From assembly GCF_001194135.2 (NCBI RefSeq), contig NC_068981.1, forward strand, positions 58,378,707-58,442,706: a stretch of DNA of 64,000 nt. Reading direction: 5' to 3'. The notes under the pieces were generated by a model. The model was not told the origin of the DNA, searched no databases, and worked only from the letters and a program-made list of their open reading frames with translations. Made by a program: the position numbers and the translations under genes. This document shows positions 51,260-62,631 of the stretch, piece after piece. Each line of letters starts with the position of its first letter. Position 1 is the stretch's first letter. The DNA comes from Octopus bimaculoides. Its lineage: Eukaryota.

Positions 51260-52339
51260 GTAAGTTTTTTATATACTTGCGTATATGGCCATATACAGGT
51301 ATGGACAGACAATTAAGAAGTTTGCTTCGCAATTATGAGGTTCCATTCTCTGGGCAGTTGTCTTTTCCCTAACCTTAGGTTAACAAGCTTTGTGAATAAA
51401 ACTGTGTAAACATCTCACATAGACTGTTCCTGAAGTTCAAAAAACTATTTGCCAGATACAATGTCTTGAGAGTGAAAATGGGAATTATATTAAGGATGTG
51501 TCTGTTGGACCATTTAGCCATTCACACATTGTGTTTTGTTGCTAGATACTATTTTTGTAACAATCTTTATGAAATAAATCTGTTATTTCCTTTTAGACAG
51601 TTCTATGTAGGAACTTCATAGTCAGTTTTGACCATGCTTTTGCACATGTACATGCAGGCTTGGGTGAGAATTTTTTTGAGGAAGACTAGTAGTTGTCCAT
51701 CTATTCAGGTCCTCCCATCCCACACACTGATTTTTATTTATGGGAAGGGTTGCCAACTTGAACCAATACAGCTTGCCATCTGTGTCATCACAGGCATGCT
51801 GGAAGAGATGTCACAAAGCATCTCACCTGACCTTTTAATTTAAAGAGATTATATATAAACAGAAATGAATTAAAATTATTAAAATGTTTAATTGTTTGAC
51901 GAAGTTTTAGATGATAGATTCATGTCCACTCTTTCATATTAAATTCGTAACTAAGAAATACCTGAGGGGACATGGTGATGGAAGAGAGATAATGTGCTAG
52001 GTTAGGATTGGTGATCAATGTAAGAATGAAAGATAGATAACAAGTGAAATGGTTTGTTGCATTAAGAGATGTGGTATCAGGGAAAAGCTGATGAAGTATG
52101 CAGTTCTGTTCACATTTAATTTCTATAGCAGAATAGTGCAGTTAGGGAGATGATGAAAATTACAGTTGTGCATATCTTTACACATAGTGCTTTCAGAATC
52201 TTAGTTTTACTGAGGTAGGTGAATTTCTTCATGAACTGCATTTTGCCAATCATCCCAGTATTTTGATCAGATAGCCAAAAGGGAAGGTAGGAGACAGATA
52301 TATATAACCAAGGGAGTAGCAGAAAAGAAGTTTGCCAAT

Positions 52340-53705
52340 GTTCAGTGATGTGAAGACCAAAGAACTGAAGTATTTCAGATTGCAAAACAGTGTGATGAGA
52401 GAAAAACGTGATGTCATAGAGAAATGTGTCTGCATGGATAATGGTGCCCTTGCGTTTAATGATTCTACAAAGAAAGAGGTTTGGAGATGCCATTAAGACT
52501 GCTGAATGTGGAGAATGAATGGGAGGAAGAGAGTCTGCCAAAGGTTGACCCAATTGAGGGACCATCTACCTGGTAGATAAAGCAATTAAGGATATGAGGA
52601 CAGGGAAAGCACCTGGCCCATCAGGAATCACTGCTGAGATGCTTAAAATATCAGGTGGTGTGGGTTGTGGTCTTGTCACCCGCATCGTAAATCAGGTAGT
52701 TCATGGAGGAGTCATACCCAATGACTGGTACAGCAGCACCATAGTCAGCTGCTACAAGGATAAAGGTGATGCTTTAGATAGAAATAACTATAGGATTATC
52801 AAATTATTGGATCATGTGATGAAAGTTACAGAGAGGGTCATAGCCCAACTAATTAGGGAGAGAGTTAGCCTAGATGAGATGCAGTTTGGTTTTGTGCCAG
52901 ACAGAAGCACTACTGATGCTATATTTCTGGTAAGGCAACTGCAGGAGAAATATCTAGCCAAATATAAAACTCTGTACTTGGCTTTGGTTGATTTGGAGAT
53001 AGCGTTTGATAGGGTTCCCCCTTCCCTTATCTGGTGGTCAATATGGAAACTGGAGATAGACAAGTCATTGGTACGAGCTGTACAGGGCTGTCAGTAAAGT
53101 GAGAGTTGGCAATGAGTATAGTGAGGAATTCCGAGTAGAAATAGGGGTTCACCAAGGATCAGTCCCCTCTTATTCATTTTGTCTTCCAGGCAATAACAGG
53201 AATTCAAGATTGGCTGCCCCTAGGAGTTCGTCTATGCTGATGACCTTGCCTTAATAGTCAAATCACTGCCAGAACTAGAGACGAAGTTTAGGGTGTGGAA
53301 GCAAGGTCTAGAATCGAAGGGCCTTAGAGTCAACCTAGCAAAAACCAAAGCCTTAGTAAGTAGGAAGGCTGACAAATCACAAACCCCTGCTTGATCTGTA
53401 GAAAAGGCATGAGGAGAAACTCTATACAATGTACATGGTGTAAGCTATGGACACATAAAAGGTGCAGCAATATCAAAGGAAGGTTAAACGAGAAAATAGT
53501 TTTTGTGTGTGGCAGATGCACAGGGGCAATAAACACTGAAGATGTACACAAAACAGATTCCATCACATGCCAGGGGAAGAAACAAGAAGGAGTTAATATC
53601 TTCCACTACCTAGGCGACCAAGTCTGTAGTGGGGGTGGTTGCTCTGAGAGTGTAGCAGCTAGAATACAAATAGCCTGGGCAAAGTTCAGGGAGCTCCTAC
53701 CTCTG
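52340..53705 (+). mobile_element. RTE-clade LINE RT fragment carrying a PHD finger
   Basis: GKAPGPSGITAEMLK, QFGFVPDRSTTDAIFLVRQLQEKYL, DLEIAFDRVP, GVHQGS, YADDLAL, C4HC3 finger at 53388-53519, FHYLGD, AWAKFRELLPL. Confidence 0.9.
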
Positions 53706-53996
53706 TGGCAAGTGTCGTGTGACTGGCTCCGGTGCCAGTGGCACATAAAAAACACCAACTGAACATAGCCAGTGCCAGTACCCCCTGACTGGCTCCCGTG
53801 CTGGTGGCACATCAAAAGCACTATTCGAATGTGATCGATGCCAGTGCCCCCTAACTGGCTCCTGTGCCGGTGGCACATAAAGTGCACCCACTACACTCTT
53901 GGAGTGGTTGGCGTTAAGGGCATCCAGCTGTAGAAACATTGCCAGATCAGATTGGAGCCATGCCAGCATGGAAAACGGACGTTAGACGATGATGAT
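53706..53996 (+). mobile_element. (GAT)n-tailed RTE 3'UTR-family segment, three dual-hairpin units
   Basis: Directly abuts the RTE RT fragment; family 3' end with internal deletion and gatgatgat tail. Confidence 0.85.
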
Positions 53997-54378
53997 AGGC
54001 TCAAATATTTTTGACAAAAGTTAATCAGACATTCAGTTATCCTGCAAGCATTTTCACATTCATAAATTGAGGTTTCCATTGACATATAACAGCAATCCTC
54101 TTTTTATCAGTGATCTTTTGACTGCCAGTCACTGTGAATCCTATGCATATGTTAGGATTGAATTCCTTATACTTTGTCTTGAACTATGTTTCCAAGAAGT
54201 CTTAAAACTGATTACCTCCCACTTTTCTTTGGCAACAATTATTGTTTTTCTTTAAATATTATCTAGCAAATCCAAATACATCTTTGAATGATGTCTGATT
54301 TTGAAATTGTAGACTTATGTTGAACTTTTATAATGGACAAAAATGAGAATTTACTAATAGTAATTTTTGGTGTTGCAG

Positions 54379-54613
54379 CAAAAACGTAAGCGTATTCGAG
54401 TTGCATCAGATGATGATGATAGTGACCGTGAAGATGAAGAAAGCAAAACTGATGCTCAAATGCGAGAAATTGCAAACACATTATTTGATGATGATGAAGA
54501 GGAAGAGGAGGATGCTGCAGAAGATAGTGCAGTGCCTGCTAGCGAACGAGAAGAAGAGCCAAAGAAAGATGACCTTGCACTTGATATTGAAGGTTCAGAT
54601 GAAGAAGAATCAG
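54379..54613 (+). CDS. SUPT6H: SPT6 coding exon 3
   Basis: ttgcag|QKRKRIRVASDDDD...EIANTLFDDD...GSDEEES+G|gtattt. Acidic N-terminal region; phases match neighbours. Confidence 0.92.
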
Positions 54614-55561
54614 GTATTTTTTTGTTTTTAAGCTGACTTTTAACTTGAATTTATATTAATTTTAAGATATAAGGTCACTTTCATGTTTCACTTTCTGATA
54701 AAGATCAGAATTTAAAAATGGCTTTTGTCCAGCTGTCAACTGAAATTTCTGATTATTTATATCATCAAATTTTATTATTTTTTGTTTTGAATTCTTAAAA
54801 AAATTTTCATCAATTTTTTAATGTCTCTTCAAAACATTTTAGCAGAGGAATGACGTTTTAAAAAGTTTTTAGCTAAGAAACTAGTGTGTACATGGTACAA
54901 ACATTTGTATTTATTGTAAATGGCTGACTGCCAGCCATCAATTAATGTATACCATTATGCATTTGGACTGAAAGTAACAATCTGTACCATTTATCAGTTC
55001 TAGTTACTTTCTGGATCCTTGGATGTTGAATTTCAAGTAGTGTATTGCTTCTACTCACATGCCTCATGAACCCAATTTCTAAGCATGTCACTACAGTAAT
55101 ATAGATAAAACATTCGTCAATGGGCACAGTGCTTGCTATATAACTTAACATTGCAAAAATTGCAATGGAATCCTCAGTGAACCAGGATTTAATTTCCTGT
55201 AGATCTGTCTTCCTAATAGGTCTATATTTTCTGTTGACAGTGTCAGTTCAACCATCGAAAATTCATGATGCACTTTGCAGAAGTTTTATTTTGAAATATT
55301 AAAATCCTTTATCAAGTTCAGTAATTTTTTAATCATTGAAGAGAATCTCAAGCTCAAATTATATGGAATGTGTAAATGGTGTAACCTTATTAATTTTTTT
55401 AAGCAATGCTTCAACATATAATTAGGTTATTATTACAAAGAACATAAGAAATGTATGTTTATAATTACATATGAATATTTGTTTGAATCTAATGCCATTA
55501 AAATATAATCTTTATAAAGAAAAAGCATTTTGTAATAAGCTAATTGTTTTTTCTTTTAAAG

Positions 55562-55643
55562 ATATTGATGATTTTATTGTTGATGATGAAGGCCAGCCAA
55601 TTAGTAAAGGAAAGAAGAAAAAGCCTGTTATACACACAGACAA
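55562..55643 (+). CDS. SUPT6H: SPT6 coding exon 4
   Basis: ttttaaag|(D)IDDFIVDDEGQPISKGKKKKPVIHTD+AA|gtaagt. Conserved DIDDFIVDDxGQP motif. Confidence 0.96.
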
Positions 55644-56144
55644 GTAAGTCTTTTAGATATATATTTTCTAGTTATCAGTAAAATTTTAATGTAAAAGGAT
55701 TTAAAGAAAACAAAACCATTTAGTATTCTCTGAATTTTTTTGCTGTGGCTGGGCTGGAGCACAGGTTTTAGTTGATCGCATCAATCCTGGTGCTTAATAC
55801 AGTGAATCGCTAAGTTTTTAGACATGAAGGGACGCAACTCGACATACAGTGAACTAACATGCAGGCATACGAGCACACGCAAACACGACTTTTTTCTGTA
55901 GTTTTCATTTATCAAATTGCACTTAGGAAGCATTAGTCAACCTGACACTACAATAAACACTTAATGTACCACTCAGAGGGATTGAATCCAGAGATTTAAT
56001 AAATTATTACCTGGGTATCTTGTAAAAAAAATTGTGCAAATTTTACACCAATTGATTAATAATGTTAGCCAAATAAATGCTTTTTAGTAATCGAAACCAT
56101 TTTCCGCTTCCAAATTTATTATAAATTTTTAAATTCTTTTTCAG

Positions 56145-56244
56145 ATCTTTGCAAATTGCACAAGATATTTTTGGTGTTGATTTTGACTTTGCTGATTTAG
56201 ATAAATATGATGAAGAAGAAGATGAAGAAGACTATGAAGATGAG
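56145..56244 (+). CDS. SUPT6H: SPT6 coding exon 5
   Basis: tttcag|(K)SLQIAQDIFGVDFDFADLDKYDEEEDEEDYEDE|gtatgc. Conserved LQxAQxIFGVDFD motif. Confidence 0.96.
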
Positions 56245-56468
56245 GTATGCTTTCTCAAAATAACTTTATGGGTCGTCTGCAAAGTTAGTGCACTTTCCAA
56301 CAAAGAGAAATTTTGTTGGCATATTTTTTTAGAATTTTCATTCAGTTGTCAAATTTTTGTTGCATAAAATTAAACAGGATATTCAAATAAAAAGATTAGA
56401 CCTTTCACTTTGAAATATCTTCAGCTATTCTTGAATAAAATTAGAAATTATTCCAAAATTTGCACAAA

Positions 56469-56845
56469 GTGTAGGAGTGGCTGTGTGGATAGTGTAGGAG
56501 TGGCCATGTGGTAAGTAGCTTGCTTACGAACCAATTGGTGCCGGGTTCAGTCCCATTGCGTGGCACCTTGGGCAAGTGTCTTCTACTATAGCCTCGGGCC
56601 AACCAAAGCCTTGTGAGTGGATTTGGTAGACAGAAACTGAAAGAAACTTGTATATATATATNNNNNNNNNNCGCTTGACAACCGATGCTGGTGTGTTTAT
56701 GTCCCCGTAACTTAGCGGTTTGGCAAAAGAGATCGATAGAATAAGTACTAGGCTTAAAAAGAATAAGTCCTGGGGTCTATTTGCTCAACTAAAGGCGGTG
56801 CTCCAGCATGGCCACAGTCAAATGACTGAAACAAGTAAAAGAGTA
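56469..56845 (+). mobile_element. tRNA-derived SINE with duplicated 23-bp head, spanning a 10-N gap
   Basis: agtgtaggagtggctgtgtggat / agtgtaggagtggccatgtggtaag, ccgggttcagtccc, 3' end ggtgctccagcatggccacagtcaaatgactgaaacaagtaaaaga. Confidence 0.88.
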
Positions 56846-57185
56846 ACTTTGAAATATCTTTTTAGTTTTAGATGGTAGTGTTTGAAATATAGCTTATGGA
56901 AAGTTTCATGCATGTAATTGTGGTGCAAGATCCAAATATGCAAACTTTTTAGAGATGGCTGAAGTATGTTTCTTGACAGTACTTTTAATAGAATTTTTTT
57001 TTTTAAAAAGGCTAAAATAATACCATAAAATATTTTGGCTTATATTTGGGGCAAGATGTTTTGCAAATGTATAGAATACTATGTACTATGCCTTCAATCT
57101 CCAGTTAAAAACTATCTTCATTAAAAGAAGAATACACCATTTTGGCTTGCAATGCATCTAACTGTTTTTTTTTCAAATTGTACAG

Positions 57186-57272
57186 TATGAAGAAGACCTG
57201 GAAGAAGGTGAAGCTGCTCTGAAAACCAAAAAAGCTGGACGAAAACGGACATCAAAGAAAAGTATTTATGAG
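57186..57272 (+). CDS. SUPT6H: SPT6 coding exon 6
   Basis: tacag|YEEDLEEGEAALKTKKAGRKRTSKKSIYE|gtaaca, 87 nt, phase 0/0. Confidence 0.9.
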
Positions 57273-57409
57273 GTAACAGTTTCTCAACAATTTATGGGAA
57301 AATTTTGATTTTATAATAGTATAAACTTTGAAAGATTTTTGATAGAATTTTATGGGTCATGTGGGTCTTTTTTTTTGTGCTAAAGAGAATCTCTTGAATT
57401 TTCTTTCAG

Positions 57410-57496
57410 ATTTATGAACCAAGTGAATTAGAGAGGGGTCATTTTACTGATCTTGATAATGAAATTAGAACTGTAGACGTTCCTGAAAGATTCCAG
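57410..57496 (+). CDS. SUPT6H: SPT6 coding exon 7
   Basis: ctttcag|[29 protein letters not shown]|gtaaat. Conserved YEPSEL...TDxDNEIR..D.PERFQ. Confidence 0.97.
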
Positions 57497-57744
57497 GTAA
57501 ATAGAAATTTTATTACTTTGTTATTTATGTGAGAGTGTGGGAGAAGCAGTAAGGTGCTAAACAAAATGCTTTTACAAAACTTTGTTTTGTCCTATCTTCT
57601 GATTTCAATCCTTCCAAGTTTGAGTTAACCTTTATTCTCATGGGTTTAGTAAAATAAATATGAACCATGTAGTAGTATTGATTCACTTAAAGTATACCCC
57701 AGTTATACAAGACTGATTTCTTACCTATAAAACAAAGGCAAAGG

Positions 57745-57900
57745 CATAGCTGTGCAGTTAAAAAGTTTATTTCCCAGCCACATGGTTTCAAGCTCAGTCC
57801 CAGTGCACTACTTTGGGCAAGTGTCTTCTATAGCCCTAGGCCAATTAAGTAGATTTGAAAGACAAGCTGAAAAAGACTGTCGAGTGTGTGTGTGCATGCA
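57745..57900 (+). mobile_element. tRNA-derived SINE head fragment, decayed
   Basis: ggcatagctgtgcagttaaaaag...catggtttcaagctcagtcccagtgcactactttgggcaagtgtcttcta. Confidence 0.6.
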
Positions 57901-58164
57901 TGTAGCTTTACATCTCACGTCTACAAAAGTTGTGACATATGGGTTCTGATGTTATCTTCTCTTGCCAATGTATCTGCTAGCTTTGCAACTTTGCGGAATA
58001 AGATAGTCCTTACTTAAAAAACAGGGAGGTCGTCTGGCTGTAAAACAATGTGTCAATAGAATAGTCATCTAACCCAAGGAAGCATGGTAAAATGAATGTT
58101 CAAACAAACAAACATTATCAATATTTTCAATTTTACTTTTTCAACTTTCAACTTTTTTACTCAG

Positions 58165-58371
58165 CTTCGTCAAATTCGTGTTACTCAAACTGAAGAAGGA
58201 GAATTAGATGAAGAAGCAGAATGGATTTATAAACAGGCATTTACAACTAAACTAATTTCCAAACTGAGTGACCATGGAGAAGGACATAATTCTTATTACC
58301 AACCAAAAAGTGCATCTGCAGTTAATAAAATTAGAGATGCATTAAATTTCATGAGGAATCATCTTCATGAA
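58165..58371 (+). CDS. SUPT6H: SPT6 coding exon 8
   Basis: actcag|LRQIRV...ELDEEAEWIYKQAF...KIRDALNFMRNHLHE|gtaagt. Confidence 0.97.
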
Positions 58372-59175
58372 GTAAGTATGAATATTTCATTTATATAATT
58401 CATACTGGCTTTTGAATAATTAAAAATAAAAATATTTTAAATGGTCATAAGATATTTTTGGTAGAACAAAAATAATCTGATATACTCTTCACTCATAATT
58501 TTCATTTATGCCTTTTAAACACAGTGAATTGTTCGCCCAGATTGTCATCATGGTGAGGGATTGGCTTAATGACTTATTTGATTGCTTTGCCATGGGGAAA
58601 AGAGTTTTCTTTGTAATCAATATTATATGTTTTCATTTTGAACAGTACAAGTTCTGGCTAGGCATAACTATTTAATCCAAATAATTGTGGAAAATATAAA
58701 GGCAAGCAATAAAACCATATCATTTGTTAGAGGTACTAATATACTTCCAGCCAACATTTGAAATATCACTTAAATTACGAGTGGCTCATTCAACATATAG
58801 ACTTGAATAAAATGATTCCTCACAGGCTGTTCATCACCTGTGTCACAGCTAAAGCTCTGTGCTCATTCCTCTAAACAGAACATATAAATATGTTCAGTTT
58901 AGAATGAATGTTAGTTGAAAACAGATATGGTGTTCTGCAATTCTTGAAATATGAAATGTTTCTCTTACTGAAAAGGTGGATTAGGAGTGTGTAGTTCCAC
59001 AGTTTAATTACATTTTTTTTTTCCCCAGAAATAGATATTTTTCAATGTAGTATATTTCTTGGTTGAGTAGCCTCTTGTGTAATATGCATTGTAGAAATGT
59101 CAAAGATTTATTGATCTGTATTTCAAAACAATGTTATTAAAGCCTTTTTTTTTCTCTTTCTACAAAATTTTTCAG

Positions 59176-59265
59176 GTTCCATTTATTGCATTTTATCGCA
59201 AAGAATATGTAGAACCTGACTTGAATATAAATGATTTGTGGCGTGTCTGGGAATATGATGAAAAA
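59176..59265 (+). CDS. SUPT6H: SPT6 coding exon 9
   Basis: tttcag|[30 protein letters not shown]|gtaagt, nearly identical to the conserved SPT6 [14 protein letters not shown] motif. Confidence 0.98.
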
Positions 59266-59414
59266 GTAAGTTATATTGTGTATTTGGGTATATGTGTGTC
59301 TTCAAAGGGCCTTATATTTGCTTTATTAATCCCAATTAAGCATTCTAGTAAGGCTGTAAACTGAAGATAAGGCTTATATTGTTGGTTGGGAGTAGTTTAT
59401 GTATGTGTAAAAGG

Positions 59415-59630
59415 CATTGGTACTGGTGCCACATAAAAAGCACTGGTGCTGGCGCAATGTAGAACATACTGGTGATGTGCTACGTAAAAAGCACCCAGTG
59501 CATTCTGTAAAGAAGTTGGCATTAGGAAGGGCATCCAGCTGTAGAAACCATGCGAAAACAAACTCTGGAACCTGGTATGGCTCCTGGCCTTGCCAACATG
59601 GGAAACGGACATTAAATAATGATGAATGGT
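59415..59630 (+). mobile_element. Decayed (GAT)n-tailed RTE 3'UTR-family element
   Basis: gtgccacataaaaagcac units, ttggcattaggaagggcatccagctgtagaaaccatg, ends cggacattaaataatgatga. Confidence 0.75.
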
Positions 59631-60084
59631 GGTGTGTACTTGTATTAATTCAACCTTGTTACTGATCACTAGTTCATATGATGCACATAACAGTTGTGAT
59701 ATTGGAAAATAGTTAAGTACCATCAGTGAGGGTAAAAAAAACCTTGCAAGGACTAGAGAATAGACTTAGCATAATTTATTAATTGTATTGTGTGAATGTA
59801 AGATGGATTTTGAGAAAGGGGCTTTATCACAGCATTGTTTAATGTACAAAAGAGAACAGCATGTAACGAAAACCTTTAAAGTTGCTATAAATGTAAAGCC
59901 TCACAATTTCAGATGAACTTTCATGGCAATATTTAATACATATGTAAAACTGTTAAAACCAGTTTACAAACTTTAGGATTCTTCTTTAAGGTCAGGATGT
60001 ACTTCAGACTTGAGAAGTTGTTGACCCTCTACAAAACAAAGCATGCACAGACATCTACTACTGTGTTTTAAGTAATTAACATTT

Positions 60085-60250
60085 TATGGATGGACTCCTT
60101 CTATCTCTGGCCAGTCATTGCCATGTAGCAAGTGAGATCATCTCACCATCTTGTTTTTGGTTGGCCTCTTGATCTTGTCCATCTCTTGTCCTTCAGTTGT
60201 GTGATGTGGCCAGCCCATCTATATTTGTTCTCCTTGATGGTTTTTATGTA
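60085..60250 (-). mobile_element. RTE-clade LINE C-terminal fragment
   Basis: KYRWAGHITQLKDKRWT..RSRGQPKTRW.DDL. Confidence 0.65.
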
Positions 60251-60434
60251 TGGTTTTCATCATTTGCGTTGGCTTTACCATTCTTAAATTGTATGTTTTC
60301 AATTGCTGCCTAAAGTTAGAATCCTGTAATTTAGAAATATTTGCATATTTAAGGAGTATTAAAAAAAACCCAAAAAGCTCAGATTTTGTTCACAATGAAA
60401 AACATGGTTTTTTATTCTTTGCATCATATTTAAG

Positions 60435-60568
60435 TGGAGTCAATTAAGACAAAGAAAACAAAATCTTGTTCGGCTCTTTGAGAAAATGCAGAACTTTCAA
60501 TTTGAAGAGAATTCAGATCCTGATAAAGTTTTAGAAACTCGACCACTTACAAGTGATGATGTTGCAAG
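60435..60568 (+). CDS. SUPT6H: SPT6 coding exon 10 (gene continues beyond window)
   Basis: tttaag|WSQLRQRKQNLVRLFEKMQNFQFEENSDPDKVLETRPLTSDDVA+AG|gtaaag. Confidence 0.96.
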
Positions 60569-60959
60569 GTAAAGTACTTTTGATACATACTGTTTGTCTT
60601 CATTTTTAATATCACTTAAAAACTAACATTTTGTGCATATTATATAGCTTCTAACATCTGGAAAATTCAAGTGCAACTTCATGTTACCTGATATTTTTGA
60701 AAATCTTTTTGCTCACTTTGACATTAATCCATACTTTATCAACAAAATACAAGTATCTATGCACTACCAAACTATGTGAGACCAATCAAAATTTCTTTAA
60801 TCACATCCTGACAGTGGATCTGTTGTTGCTTCAATACTGCAAGTCCTAGCTATGTGCTAAGTCATTTTGATGTGTGTAAAAGATCAACTAGCAAACTATA
60901 TGTCAGATATACATGTGTGTGTATATCTTAATTTTTTACTGGCTTCACTTATTGGACTG

Positions 60960-61512
60960 TAGCCACACTGAGGTTCTGCATTCAAGGATATACATAAAGT
61001 GCCAAACTCTAACTGTGAAGGGAACCTGTAGAGAAGGCATGGGATGAGGTGGTGAAGCACAATCTTCAAATGTTGGGCCTAACGGAAGTGATGACAAGTG
61101 ACCTAGACCTTTGGTGTTATGCTGTGCTTGAGAAGACTTGTCAAGCCAAGTGAAATCATAAAAACCATAGTTGTAGCCATTACCAGTGTCATGGCACTTT
61201 TGAAATCGTAATTGTGGCCTTGACAGTAGTGGGATCTTTGAATGTTGGACCTCACAGAGGCGATGGCAAGTGACTGAGAACATTTGCAATATGCTGTGCT
61301 TGAGAACACTCATCAAACCAAGTGAAATCGTAGTTGTGATTGTTGCCAGTGTCAAGTAAATGGCACGTATGCCAGTGGCATGTAAAAAGCACTCATTACG
61401 CTCAGAATGGTTGGCATTAGGAAGGGTATCCAGCCATAGAAACCATGCCAGTTCCAGTCAAACCGTCTAACCCATGCTAGCATGGAAAGTGGACGTTAAA
61501 TGATGATGATAT
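60960..61512 (+). mobile_element. RTE LINE ORF2 end (tandemly duplicated) + (GAT)n-tailed 3'UTR
   Basis: LTVKGTC.......WDEVVKHNLQMLGLTEVMTSDLDLW.YAVLEKT.QAK* occurs twice about 172 bp apart, then the family 3' end. Confidence 0.8.
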
Positions 61513-61640
61513 ATATATCTATCTTATATCTTAAAAGGCAAGTTGTCTGTCTGTGTGTTGTATGAACCACTTCTACAATTTTCAACCGAATTTCACCAAA
61601 TTTTACACATGCCTTACTTAACCCTTTCGTTACCATATTT
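61513..61640. mobile_element. Possible Helitron/DINE-like head followed by a piggyBac-like terminus
   Basis: tctatcttatatcttaaaaggcaag..gtctgtctgt..ttttcaaccgaatttcacc, then TTAA+ccctttcgttacc at 61618. No matching second terminus was established. Confidence 0.3.
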
Positions 61641-62269
61641 CTAGCCAAAATACACCCTTTATGTGTTTCAATTAATTTCTAACATATTCATAAATTTAGT
61701 CTGGTTTCATTAAACAACTCTAACGTTTTTATTTATCAACATATTAATGTGATTTTTGGAAGATAATTTAACGAAAGGTTCTCAACCAATTCTATGCCAT
61801 AATTTTGGTCACAAAGTGACTCTAATTACAGGTAAATTCAACAAAATATAAAATTATTAAAATTTTTGTTCAAACATCGCTATAGAAAATGGGTTATTAG
61901 CTAATATTCAATTGGGTATACAAAATTTTACTATAGAAGAGTTGTGCACATTACTGGATTCATCAGGTGAATTTAAACACACAAAAGACAGGTGTACCAT
62001 AAAGGTATAAGTAAAACGAAAGACTGAAATTTGTCTGAAGGAAACTAGAAAACAAAATACACACACACACCATCAACTAGATTAAATAAGCAAGCTCTCC
62101 CACATACATAGATACACAGAAATATACAATAATGATTTACAAAAGAAATTGATCAAAATTTGTCACTCATCTTACAGGTAAATTAAAATTACACATAGCG
62201 AAAAATAAAAACAAAGTAAATTTGAAAATATTTATAAAATCAAATCACACATATACAAATCAAACAATA

Positions 62270-62631
62270 AAAATACACCATTTTGAGCATGGCCGTTGCC
62301 AGTACCGCCTGACTGGCCTTCGTAGGATTTTCGAGCGAGATCGTTGCCAGTGCCCCTGGACTGGCTCTTGTGCGGGTGACACATAAAATACACCATTTTG
62401 AGCGTGACCGTTGCCGGTACCGCCTGACTGGCCTTCGTGCGGGTGACACGTAAAAGCACCCACTACACTCTCTGAGTGGTTGGCATTAGGAAGGGCATCC
62501 AGCTGTAGAAACTCTGCCAAATCAGATTGGAGCCTGGTGTTGCCATCCGGTTTCACCAGTCCTCAGTCAAATCGTCCAACCCATGCTAGCATGGAAAGCG
62601 GACGTTAAACGATGATGATGATGATGATGAT
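62270..62631 (+). mobile_element. Young (GAT)n-tailed RTE 3'UTR-family element with 3-4 hairpin units
   Basis: CpG-intact, near-consensus 3' end, (gat)7 tail. Confidence 0.92.
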
